Part shown: in pieces, positions 35,203-46,912 of the stretch
How positions within the stretch are numbered: the first letter of the stretch is position 1
Layout: the number at the start of each line of letters is the position of its first letter
From: Bugula neritina
Taxonomy: Eukaryota; Animalia; Bryozoa
Length of the DNA stretch: 64,000 nucleotides
Reading direction: 5' to 3'
NCBI GenBank assembly: GCA_964035545.1
Contig: OZ037765.1
Span: 35,550,080 to 35,614,079, forward strand
Position numbers and translations under genes: made by a program
The notes under the pieces: model-generated
Database searches by the model: none
The model's input: only the letters and a program-made list of their open reading frames with translations
Told to the model about the DNA's origin: nothing

Positions 35203-38200
35203 ATACTACTACTACTACTGCTACTACTACTACTAATACTGCTAATACTGCTAATACTACTACTACTACTAGTACTACTACTACTACTACTACTACTCTG
35301 TTTCAGGTCTCTGCTGAGCATGTAGTCGTTGCTGTGGGCCTGGAACCTAACACAGAACTGGCTGACACTGCAGGACTGGAAGTTGACTCCAGATTTGGAG
35401 GATTTCTTGTGAATGCAGAGCTGGAGGCAGCAACAGACGTGTGGGTGGCTGGAGATGCTGCCTGCTTTTATGATGTCAAGGTCTTTTCTCACTTCCTATT
35501 TGTTCTTACTTCCTGTTTGTTCTTACTTCCTGTTATATACACATCTACTTCCTGTTATATACACATCTACTTCCTGTTATATATACATCTACTTCCTGTT
35601 ATATACACATCTACTTCCTGTTATATATACATCTACTTCCTGTTATATACACATCTACTTCCTGTTATATATACATCTACTTCCTGTTATGTACACATCT
35701 ACTTCCTGTTATATACACATCTACTTCCTGTTATATATACATCTACTTCCTGTTACGTACACATCTACTTCCTGTTATATATACATCTACTTCCTGTTAT
35801 ATATACATCTACTTCCTGTTATATATACATCTACTTCCTGTTATATATGCATCTACTTCCTGTTATATATACATCTACTTCCTGTTATATATACATCTAC
35901 TTCCTGTTATATATACATCTACTTCCTGTTATATACATCTACTTCCTGTTATATATACATCTACTTCCTGTTATATACACATCTACTTCCTGTTATATAT
36001 ACATCTACTTCCTGTTATATATGCATCTACTTCCTGTTATATATACATCTACTTCCTGTTATATACACATCTACTTCCTGTTATATATACATGTTGTGTT
36101 TGTGTACAGCTGGGCAGAAGAAGAGTTGAACATCACGATCACGCCGTGGTTAGTGGCCGACTGGCTGGAGAAAATATGACTGGCGCGTCTAGAAGGTTCT
36201 TACACCAGTCCATGTTCTGGTAAGTATTCTTACACCAGTCCATGTTCTGGTTAGTATTCTTACATCAGTCCATGTTCTGGTTAGTATTCTAGAAGCTTCC
36301 CACATATTATACTCGGGGAAACACTACGCTTTCCGGCAAGTGAAATATGTTACCTGCTCTGTGATAGGTCGGACTTGGGACCCGACGTAGGCTATGAAGC
36401 CATTGGATTGGTGAGTTCTGACCTGCCCACAGTATCCGTGTTTGCCAAGAGCTCTGCTGCCGACACTCCGGCAGCCGTAGAGGAGAAGACAGGAGAGTCT
36501 CTCCGGTCAGAGACAGAGCAGAACAAACAGGTACTCGCTGACTTTATACTCGCTGTCTGCATACTCTCTGTCTATATACTCGCTGACTTTATACTCGCTG
36601 ACTTTCTACTCTCTGACTTTCTACTCTCTGTCTATATACTCTCTGTCTATATACTCTCTGTCTATATACTCTCTGTCTGTATACTCTCTCTGTCTATATA
36701 CTCTCTGTCTATATACTCTCTGTCTGTATACTCTCTGTCTATATACTCTCTGTCTATATACTCTCTGTCTATATACTCTCTGTCTGTATACTCTCTGTCT
36801 ATATACTCTCTGTCTATATACTCTCTGTCTATATACTCTCTGTCTATATACTCTCTGTCTATATACTCTCTGTCTATATACTCTCTGTCTATATACTCTC
36901 TGTCTATATACTCTCTGTCTATATACTCTCTGTCTATATACTCTCTGTCTATATACTCTCTGTCTATATACTCTCGTCTATATACTCTCTGTCTGTATAC
37001 TCTCTGTCTATATACTCTCTGTCTATATACTCTCTGTCTATATACTCTCTGTCTATATACTCTCTGTCTATATACTCTCTGTCTATATACTCTCTGTCTA
37101 TATACTCTCTGTCTATATACTCTCTGTCTGTATACTCTCTGTCTATATACTCTCTGTCTATATACTCTCTGTCTATATACTCTCTGTCTATATACTCTCT
37201 GTCTATATACTCTCTGTCTGTATACTCTCTGTCTATATACTCTCTGTCTGTATACTCTCTGTCTATATACTCTCTGTCTATATACTCTCTGTCTATATAC
37301 TCTCGTCTATATACTCTCTGTCTATATACTCTCTGTCTATATACTCTCTGTCTATATACTCTCTGTCTGTATACTCTCTGTCTATATACTCTCTGTCTAT
37401 ATACTCTCTGTCTATATACTCTCTGTCTATATACTCGCTGACTTTATACTCTCTGTCTATATACTCTCTGTCTATATACTCTCTGTCTATATACTCTCTG
37501 TCTGTATACTCTCTGTCTATATACTCTCTGTCTGTATACTCTCTGTCTATATACTCTCTGTCTATATACTCTCTGTCTGTATACTCTCTGTCTATATACT
37601 CTCTATCTATATACTCTCTGTCTATATACTCTCTGTCTATATACTCTCTGACTGTATACTCTCTGTCTATATACTCTCTGTCTATATACTCTCTGTCTAT
37701 ATACTCTCTGTCTATATACTCTCTGTCTATATACTCTCTGTCTATATACTCTCTGTCTATATACTCTCTGTCTATATACTCTCTGACTTTCTACTCTCTG
37801 TCTATATACTCTCTGTCTATATACTCTCTGTCTGTATACTCTCTGTCTACACTCACTTCAGATGTTCACTGTGCTCATCTTGTATTTTAGACGTCAACTG
37901 TAGTCCCTCAGCTTCCCCAGGGTGCTGGTGACAAGTTTGGCAAAGGAGTTATCTTCTACATGAAAGGAAAACGGGTGGTGGGTGTGGTTTGCTGGAACGT
38001 CTTTAACAAAATAGGAATTGCTAGAAAGGTTAGTCTGTGATTACAGCAGTGCTCCGATTTTACTGGCCTCTGAGGCTATATATATATTATATTATATTAT
38101 ATTACACTGTGTCTGTATATTATATTATATTATATTACACTGTGTCTGTATATTATATTATATTATATTACACTGTGTCTGTAGATTATACTATATATTA

Positions 38201-38364
38201 TATTATATTATATTACACTGTGTCTGTAGATTATACTGTATATTATATTATATTATATTACGCTGTGTCTGTAGATTATCGGGGATGGAGCTGAACACGA
38301 GGATTTAGCTGAACTGGCGAAGCTGTTTGACCTTCACCAGTTAGAGGCTGCTGCTGAGGTGTAA
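30348..38364 (+). CDS. AIFM1: Apoptosis-inducing factor 1, mitochondrial FAD/NADH oxidoreductase (about 603 aa)
   Basis: 13 exons: 30348-30444, 31499-31641, 31790-31858, 32963-33154, 33569-33730, 34463-34638, 34752-34891, 34967-35124, 35307-35480, 36110-36219, 36368-36530, 37891-38028, 38275-38364. Motifs: [107 protein letters not shown]. The N-terminal presequence and TM exons are less certain. Confidence 0.95.
32096..32926. repeat. 18-bp minisatellite ACGTCTGCTACTCTCTGT, AIFM1 intron 3
   Basis: About 46 copies. Confidence 0.97.
33143..33564. repeat. AIFM1 intron 4: 22-bp donor-containing repeat (33143-33280) followed by a GTGACTCAGTGTA array (33286-33564)
   Basis: Units CCTCTCAGCAAG|GTGTGTTGTC and GTGACTCAGTGTA. 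Confidence 0.93.
33753..34459. repeat. 11-bp minisatellite CTACTATATTA, AIFM1 intron 5
   Basis: About 64 copies. Confidence 0.96.
35130..35297. repeat. (CTA)n microsatellite filling AIFM1 intron 8
   Basis: Trinucleotide run from donor +6 to the acceptor. Confidence 0.95.
35525..36092. repeat. 22-bp minisatellite ACATCTACTTCCTGTTATATAT, AIFM1 intron 9
   Basis: About 26 copies. Confidence 0.96.
36531..37850. repeat. 15-bp minisatellite ATACTCTCTGTCTAT, AIFM1 intron 11
   Basis: About 88 copies beginning at the donor. Confidence 0.96.
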
Positions 38365-38506
38365 CACGTCACACCGACATTCTCTCTCCAATTCTGATCT
38401 ACCCATTCTCTGTACATCTATTCTTTTTTATGAAATAAAATAAAAATTCTATATTTCAGCTCACTTAAAGTGGGAGTTATCATCTCATGTAGTGTTCTCC
38501 TCCATT

Positions 38507-39198
38507 AGTTTACTTGTATACTGCAAGTAGTAGTACTCTTGTAGTTTACTTATATACTGCAAGTAGTAATACTCTTGTAGTTTACTTGTATACTGCAAGT
38601 AGTAATAAACTCTTGTAGTTTACTTGTATACTGCAAGTAGTAGTACTCTTGTAGTTTACTTATATACTGCAAGTAGTAATACTCTTGTAGTTTACTTATA
38701 TACTGCAAGTAGTAGTACTCTTGTAGTTTACTTGTATACTGCAAGTAGTAGTACTCTTGTAGTTTACTTATATACTGCAAGTAGTAATACTCTTGTAGTT
38801 TACTTGTATACTGCAAGTAGTAATACTCTTGTAGTTTACTTATATACTGCAAGTAGTAGTACTCTTGTAGTTTACTTATATACTGCAAGTAGTAATACTC
38901 TTGTAGTTTACTTGTATACTGCAAGTAGTAGTACTCTTGTAGTTTACTTATATACTGCAAGTAGTAATACTCTTGTAGTTTACTTGTATACTGCAAGTAG
39001 TAGTACTCTTGTAGTTTACTTATATACTGCAAGTAGTAGTACTCTTGTAGTTTACTTGTATACTGCAAGTAGTAGTAGTACTCTTGTAGTTTACTTATAT
39101 ACTGCAAGTAGTAGTACTCTTGTAGTTTACTTATATACTGCAAGTAGTAATACTCTTGTAGTTTACTTAAATACTGCAAGTAGTAATAAACTCTTGTA
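38507..39198. repeat. 36-bp minisatellite downstream of AIFM1
   Basis: TTTACTTATATACTGCAAGTAGTAGTACTCTTGTAG, about 19 copies. Confidence 0.96.
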
Positions 39199-39317
39199 TT
39201 TTTTGCAGAATATAGTTTGATTAAACAAATCAACTAAGATGAAGGTTAATAGATATATATACATATAGATGTAATTTGCAAGAGCTCAAAAAGCCTTCAT
39301 CAAACTTCGTGAATTTT

Positions 39318-39386
39318 TCAAATTCCCCCTAAAATGTCCAAACCCCAAACCCTAGGGGGGAATTTCCCCCAGGTTGGGAACCACTG
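39318..39386. mobile_element. Terminal fragment of a second hAT-Charlie-like element
   Basis: Ends in GGTTGGGAACCACTG (reverse complement CAGTGGTTCCCAACC, a typical Charlie-type TIR). The partner TIR was not found. Confidence 0.55.
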
Positions 39387-39411
39387 CATTAGAAGATATG
39401 ATAGCCTAAAC

Positions 39412-39753
39412 CAGGGGTGTCCAACCTTTTCAGAACGAGGGCCTCTGAAAGAAAATATTTGGGGCAGAGAGCCACATTGTAAACTTCGGCTTGAGCTGGG
39501 AGCCACAGCGATAGTATTTTTCAAATTATTCTTTTCAAATTCCTATGACTCATTACACAATGAAGACCCGATAGTTACTGCAGGCTGCATGTTCTGTAGC
39601 ATGTGTATAAATCAGATATTTAAAAGGTGGTTTTTAACTTTAATTCATGTATACTGTAAAAAATAATTATAGCTTTATGCCTTTGAGAGCCACATAAACG
39701 TAGGCGGGAGGGTGGCCACATCTAGCCCTGGGGCCGCCTGTTGGACAGCCCTG
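39412..39753. mobile_element. hAT-Charlie-like MITE, 342 bp
   Basis: TIRs CAGGGGTGTCCAAC / GTTGGACAGCCCTG (13/14); 8-bp TSD gcctaaac / gtctaaac. Confidence 0.85.
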
Positions 39754-40005
39754 GTCTAAACATACTTGAAACACTTGCTACGCGCTTTCAGTTACGCGTT
39801 GCTGCAGGAGGAGGGAGAGAATGTGAAGGTCAGGTAGAGGTGATTACCATTGCCGTTGATATTTCATTATCTTTAATGTTTGAGTGGTACTTGAAATAAT
39901 ATCTGTATCTTATATGTCAAGTCTGATTGTAGAGGATTTGTTATAATATATCTGTATATATGGTATGGTGCTGTTAACACAGGTGATACGTATAAACTAA
40001 ACACT

Positions 40006-42706
40006 GTATATATTAGTAACAGTGTATACTATATATTAGTAACAGTATATACTATATATTAGTAACAGTATATACTATATATTAGTAACAGTATATACTA
40101 TATATTAGTAACAGTGTATACTATATATTAGTAACAGTATATACTATATATTAGTAACAGTGTATATACTATATATTAGTAACAGTATATACTATATATT
40201 AGTAACAGTATATATACTATATATTAGTAACAGTGTATATACTATATATTAGTAACAGTATATACTATATATTAGTAACAGTGTATACTATATATTAGTA
40301 ACAGTATATACTATATATTAGTAACAGTGTATACTATATATTAGTAACAGAGTATACTATATATTAGTAACAGTGTATACTATATATTAGTAACAGTATA
40401 TACTATATATTAGTAACAGTATATACTATATATTAGTAACAGTATATACTATATATTAGTAACAGTATATACTATATATTAGTAACAGTATATACTATAT
40501 ATTAGTAACAGTGTATACTATATATTAGTAACAGTATATACTATATATTAGTAACAGTATATACTATATATTAGTAACAGTGTATACTATATATTAGTAA
40601 CAGTGTATACTATATATTAGTAACAGTATATACTATATATTAGTAACAGTATATACTATATATTAGTAACAGTGTATACTATATATTAGTAACAGTGTAT
40701 ACTATATATTAGTAACAGTATATACTATATATTAGTAACAGTATATACTATATATTAGTAACAGTATATATACTATATATTAGTAACAGTATATACTATA
40801 TATTAGTAATAGTGTATACTATATATTAGTAACAGTATATACTATATATTAGTAACAGTGTATACTATATATTAGTAACAGTGTATACTATATATTAGTA
40901 ACAGTGTATACTATATATTAGTAACAGTATATACTATATATTAGTAACAGTGTATATACTATATATTAGTAACAGTATATACTATATATTAGTAACAGTG
41001 TATATACTATATATTAGTAACAGTATATACTATATATTAGTAACAGTATATACTGTATATTAGTAACAGTGTATATACTATATATTAGTAACAGTATATA
41101 CTATATATTAGTAACAGTGTATACTATATATTAGTAACAGTGTATACTATATATTAGTAACAGTGTATACTATATATTAGTAACAGTGTATACTATATAT
41201 TAGTAACAGTATATACTATATATTAGTAACAGTGTATACTATATATTAGTAACAGTGTATACTATATATTAGTAACAGTGTATACTATATATTAGTAACA
41301 GTGTATACTATATATTAGTAACAGTGTATATACTATATATTAGTAACAGTGTATACTATATATTAGTAACAGTGTATATACTATATATTAGTAACAGTGT
41401 ATATACTATATATTAGTAACAGTATATATACTATATATTAGTAACAGTATATACTATATATTAGTAACAGTGTATACTATATATTAGTAACAGTGTATAT
41501 ACTATATATTAGTAACAGTATATACTATATATTAGTAACAGTGTATACTATATATTAGTAACAGTGTATATACTATATATTAGTAACAGTGTATACTATA
41601 TATTAGTAACAGTATATACTATATATTAGTAACAGTGTATATACTATATATTAGTAACAGTATATACTATATATTAGTAACAGTGTATATACTATATATT
41701 AGTAACAGTATATACTATATATTAGTAACAGTGTATACTATATATTAGTAACAGTGTATACTATATATTAGTAACAGTGTATACTATATATTAGTAACAG
41801 TGTATACTATATATTAGTAACAGTGTATACTATATATTAGTAATAGTGTATACTATATATTAGTAACAGTATATACTATATATTAGTAACAGTATATACT
41901 ATATATTAGTAACAGTGTATACTATATATTAGTAACAGTGTATACTATATATTAGTAACAGTGTATACTATATATTAGTAACAGTATATACTATATATTA
42001 GTAACAGTGTATACTATATATTAGTAACAGTGTATACTATATATTAGTAACAGTGTATACTATATATTAGTAACAGTATATACTATATATTAGTAACAGT
42101 GTATACTATATATTAGTAACAGTGTATATACTATATATTAGTAACAGTGTATACTATATATTAGTAACAGTATATACTATATATTAGTAACAGTGTATAT
42201 ACTATATATTAGTAACAGTATATACTATATATTAGTAACAGTATATACTATATATTAGTAACAGTGTATACTATATATTAGTAACAGTGTATACTATATA
42301 TTAGTAACAGTGTATACTATATATTAGTAACAGTGTATACTATATATTAGTAACAGTGTATACTATATATTAGTAATAGTGTATACTATATATTAGTAAC
42401 AGTATATACTATATATTAGTAACAGTATATACTATATATTAGTAACAGTGTATACTATATATTAGTAACAGTGTATACTATATATTAGTAACAGTGTATA
42501 CTATATATTAGTAACAGTATATACTATATATTAGTAACAGTGTATACTATATATTAGTAACAGTGTATACTATATATTAGTAACAGTGTATACTATATAT
42601 TAGTAACAGTGTATACTAAATATTAGTAACAGTGTATACTATATATTAGTAACAGTATATACTATATATTAGTAACAGTGTATACTATATATTAGTAACA
42701 GTGTAT
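40006..42706. repeat. 23/25-bp minisatellite TATATTAGTAACAGTGTATACTA (about 115 copies)
   Basis: Regular periodicity; probably an intron of, or upstream of, the orphan plus-strand gene. Confidence 0.97.
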
Positions 42707-42929
42707 TACACACTAATACATGATAAGAGTGCTTTCATAATCTTTATTTTCTTTGGAGAACAACAAAGAAAACTTGAAACTTGCCTCAGTTTAATTTTGT
42801 ACTAAGAATAATTGCCACAATTGTTTGTGAAACAAGTGGTCTATTGTATTCCTTGTGTTAGTAGTTGCCAAGTTGTTTAGTGAAGGGTTTGTTACACTTT
42901 ATGTTCCATTAGCTCAACCTGTCAGCATT

Positions 42930-43941
42930 TGCTGCCACAGGTGTTGCTGCCACAGGTATTGCTGCCACAGGTGTTGCTGCTGCAGGTATTGTTGCTGCCA
43001 CAGGTATTGCTGCCACAGGTGTTGCTGCTGCAGGTATTGTTGCTGCCACAGGTATTGCTGCCACAGGTGTTGCTGCCACAGGTATTGCTGCCACAGGTAT
43101 TGCTGCTGCAAGTATGCTCTAATGTCGCAATCAAGTCTGCTCTAATTGCTGGAAGAATTAGGCTGTGTGTAAAGGAGCTTGTGTGACAGCTGGCAGAAAG
43201 TTGACACTTCTAGATACAGTTGACACTTCTAGATAACGTTGACACTTCTAGATACAGTTGACACTTCTAGATACAGTTGACACTTCTAGATACAGTTGAC
43301 ACTTCTAGATACAGTTGACACTTCTAGATACCATTGACAGACAGGTGCAGGTACTTTCTCTGGCAGCTGACAATAGCACACAGCACCCAGGCCACAGGTA
43401 GTTGAAGCTGACACCTGCGGTTAGTGTCAGGATGACAGCTTCGACAGGTTATATTCATTGTGTGCCTGCAGTGAGCCTAGAGGAGAGTTATCCTTCCTCT
43501 AGCGTCCATTCACCTGCTGGTATGTTTAACAAAGAGTATAACATGTGTGCTTGCTGTATAGTAGTCTGTAGTATATATAAAGAGTATATATATGTGTATA
43601 TATAGTAGTCTGTAGTATATATAAAGAGTATATATATGTGTATATAGAGTAGTCTGTAGTATATATAAAGAGTATATATATATGTATATATAGTAGTCTG
43701 TAGTGTATATAAAGAGTATATATCTGTGTATATATAGTAGTCTGTAGTGTATATAAAGAGTATATATCTGTGTATGTATAGTAGTCTGTAGTATATATAA
43801 AGAGTATATATCTGTGTATATATAGTAGCCTGTAGTATATATAAAGAGTATATATCTGTGTATATATAGTAGCCTGTAGTATATATAAAGAGTATATATC
43901 TGTGTATGTAGTAGTCTGTAGTATATATAAAGAGTATATAT
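42930..43941. repeat. Three short arrays: 15/18-bp TGCTGCCACAGGTAT (42930-43110), 19-bp GTTGACACTTCTAGATACA (43199-43332), about 44-bp (43556-43941)
   Basis: Tandem copies visible directly. Confidence 0.9.
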
Positions 43942-44648
43942 GTAATTTATATTGAACAGGGCTCACTGGATACGACCTTCAACAAGGTCGCGGCAGACCG
44001 CAACAGCCTCTAGCCGTTGTAGAATTGAGTATAGATAATACTTGTGAAAAACCGAGCAAATGGTCAAGTGCTAGCAGTCTCGGCAAACAAGTCGGACACT
44101 CAAAAGGATTCCCTATTGCAAGTAACTCCAGGGCACGCCAACTCAGACTCAGCAGATTGTCTGCTGCCTCTACTGAAAGGGTTGAGTCAAAGGCTTTTCT
44201 CCATGAGGTGCGTTATACTTATTAATTTATGTGAATCCATCTGAGATGTTCTTATTGCATGCTGCAATTCGCTACATAGAATTTTCCAACCCATGAAAGT
44301 TTTATTTTGCAGGCCAGAAACTCAAAGGACAAGACAACCAGTTGGAAAAAAGCAAGAAATAGCAGAGGTTCTGCTTGTACGTCAGTACAGCGGGTGTACA
44401 AACCTACACTCCCTAAATACTGCTTCAGTGCCAGCACATACCAGAGTGTGCTGACAGATTATTCCACGTCAGCCGGTTTGGGGATGGTGCGGGGCGACCT
44501 CTCTCAACTCCCACCGCCCCGTCACACTCTTATGACAAGAGAGCTGCCCTATGTCTATAGATACAAAATACAGCAGGGGATAACTTCCCTCAACAACATG
44601 ATACCCACAAGGCGTGACAACTCCCATCCTGTCAACCAGATATGGTGA
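43472..44648 (+). CDS. Partial orphan gene (last three exons; 5' exons not resolved)
   Basis: Phase-consistent exons 43472-43519 (1/1), 43960-44207 (1/0) and 44313-44648 (stop), with canonical splice sites. C-terminus ...LPPPRHTLMTRELPYVYRYKIQQGITSLNNMIPTRRDNSHPVNQIW*. No family recognised. Confidence 0.55.
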
Positions 44649-45240
44649 TAGACAACTTCTCCCCAACTTCATTGTGTATATAGGATTACGATCTACTCAA
44701 TACTAAAGTACAACGTCTGCAGTTTGATATATTGCAATTGTTAATCTGCAGCAGATTTGTCTCTTGGGGTAGCTGCAGACTACATCCTATGTTGATTGAA
44801 AAATTGTGTTCTTGAAAAGTTTATATAATTTAAACGCCAAGAAACTTTCTAAAACAGTTTGTTGAAATTGCTGTAATGTATCAGTTTGACATTTTTCTAC
44901 TGTACATTATTGATAGTAGATGGGAGAGCTGAGTGGTATTGTTATTAATATAGCATCCACTGAGCCCAGTTATTTTATTTTGCAGTACAATAACATAGTA
45001 TATTATATTTATTAATAAATAGGATAGTAATATATTATGTAAAATGTCAAATTTTTCGTTGCAACTAATGTTTGTATTTCTATACTATGAATGTGTAAAA
45101 ATTAATAAAGAAAGGCTTCAACAGTGAATCATACATAGAGTGTTGTCCCTTCTTTAGAAATTGAATGAACGCTTTTCATCAGTGAATAGAAATATTGATT
45201 GAAACAGTATAAAGCAAACAAACTAAAGACTGTAGTATTA

Positions 45241-45979
45241 GTAGTATTCAACATATAGTACAGGTATGGCTGCAGTATTCAACGTATAGTACAGGTATAG
45301 CTGTAGTATTCAACGTATAGTACAGGTATAGTTGTAGTATTCAACATATAGTACAGGTAACTCTAGTATTCAACATATAGTACAGGTATAGCTGTAGTAT
45401 TCAACATATAGTACAGGTAACTCTAGTATTCAACATATAGTACAGGTAACTCTAGTATTCAACATATAGTACAGGTAGCTGCAGTATTCAACATATAGTA
45501 CAGGTAGCTGCAGTATTCAACATATAGTACAGGTATAGTTGTAGTATTCAATGTATAACAGCACAGGTAGCTGTAAACTGAGGTTACTAGACTGAATAAG
45601 AATCTACTAGGAGCTTGCGAAAACATTCTGCAGCTGAAGAGAGAGAAAGAATGGCTCAGGCTGAAGAAAACGTGCCACCTTTTCTGTCAACTGACTACTT
45701 GGAGACACTTGGGAGTAAGTCAACTCAAAATACCTTCTTTGTCTGTAGACATACATACGTGTATCCTGAGGCTACATCTATTCTAGTATGATCTAAGGCT
45801 ACATTTACTCTATTATGATCTGAGGCTACATCTATTCTAGTATGATCTAAGGCTACATCTATTCTAGTATGATCTGAGGCTTCATCTACTCTAGTATGAT
45901 CTGAGGCTACATCTACTCTAGTATGATCTAAGGCTACATCTACTCTAGTATGATCTAAGGCCATATCTACTCTAGTATG
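45241..45979. repeat. Two arrays: about 29-bp TAGTATTCAACATATAGTACAGGTA.. (45241-45572) and 27-bp TCTGAGGCTACATCTATTCTAGTATGA (45766-45979, intron 1 of the TM gene)
   Basis: Tandem copies visible directly. Confidence 0.9.
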
Positions 45980-46486
45980 ATGCACATGTGTGTATTGACA
46001 GGTGATGGAGTTATAATAATGGTGGTTGGATTGTTCCTGCTGACTATACTTGTTGTCTCTACGGCAGCCCTTCTGGTGTGGTACACTTGCAAAGGGTAGG
46101 TTTTTGGCACCAGCCATTATTACAAACACAATATTTACTGTGTAAGAATCGCATTAAGCTAATTTAGAGTAAATTATATTGTTTGCAGAAGGAAAGTGGA
46201 AAAGTCGGCTGAGAAGCTGTACGAAAGCGACATAAATGGACCAAGACTGGGAGTGATGGTATCACCTCGGGACAATCTTGGAGTGCCCCGACCGACCAAC
46301 AATGACAGAGGACTTCTGGCTAACCTGGGGGTGCCTGACTCTTCACCAGAAGGGTCAGCTGCTAATAGCCCAAATTCCCAGCTGACAGACCTGAATGGTG
46401 GGGAGCCTTCAACACGACCCCACCAAGAGAACGTCTTAGCTTATGATAATACAAACTACTATGAAGACAGTGCTGTATTGTTTTAG
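45651..46486 (+). CDS. Orphan single-pass membrane protein (about 151 aa)
   Basis: Exons 45651-45714, 46002-46095, 46189-46486 join in frame. Hydrophobic segment VIIMVVGLFLLTILVVSTAALLVWYTC is followed by basic KGRKVEK; the tail ends AYDNTNYYEDSAVLF*. AATAAA at 46510. The start codon is uncertain because the frame is open upstream to an AG at about 45610. Confidence 0.7.
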
Positions 46487-46912
46487 TGACTCTATTCAAT
46501 AGAAATCAAAATAAATGTAAATAGTGCTGAGAGTTTTACTTTAGACACGTATATTCAGGCTTGTAAACAAAAACATGACATTTAGAGTTCTGTATGTGAA
46601 TAAAACACAACTTAGCAAATATAAAGTCAAATAGGCCATTATTATCTGATTGAATCAACCAACAGAGAAGTGAGTTGGGAAACCAACTGGCAGTGTGGGG
46701 TGAAAGCAGGGAGTATATGTTATATGAAACACATACAGCCCTTGGTGGGAGATTATACATCTGGCAATATGGTCATATATATTTATATGTGCAGAAACTG
46801 CTTGCACCTTAGCACTTTCTCACAATATGTTCACAAACGCTTGGTGATGTCATATACACTTGGTGATGTCATATACACTTGGTGACGTCATAGACAATTG
46901 GTAATTTCATAG

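Noticed and set aside
35118-35492. Poly-Leu / poly-Ser proteins (also 56326-56907)
   Set aside because: (CTA)n/(AGT)n microsatellites inside introns with canonical splice sites on each side.
42855-43186. Cys-rich metallothionein/keratin-associated-like ORF (CCHRCCC...)
   Set aside because: 15/18-bp tandem repeat open in five frames, GTG start; no evidence of coding constraint.
45611-45714. Neuropeptide precursor-like exon (dibasic RK, acidic spacer)
   Set aside because: It splices in frame to a TM-helix exon; no signal peptide or repeated amidated peptides.
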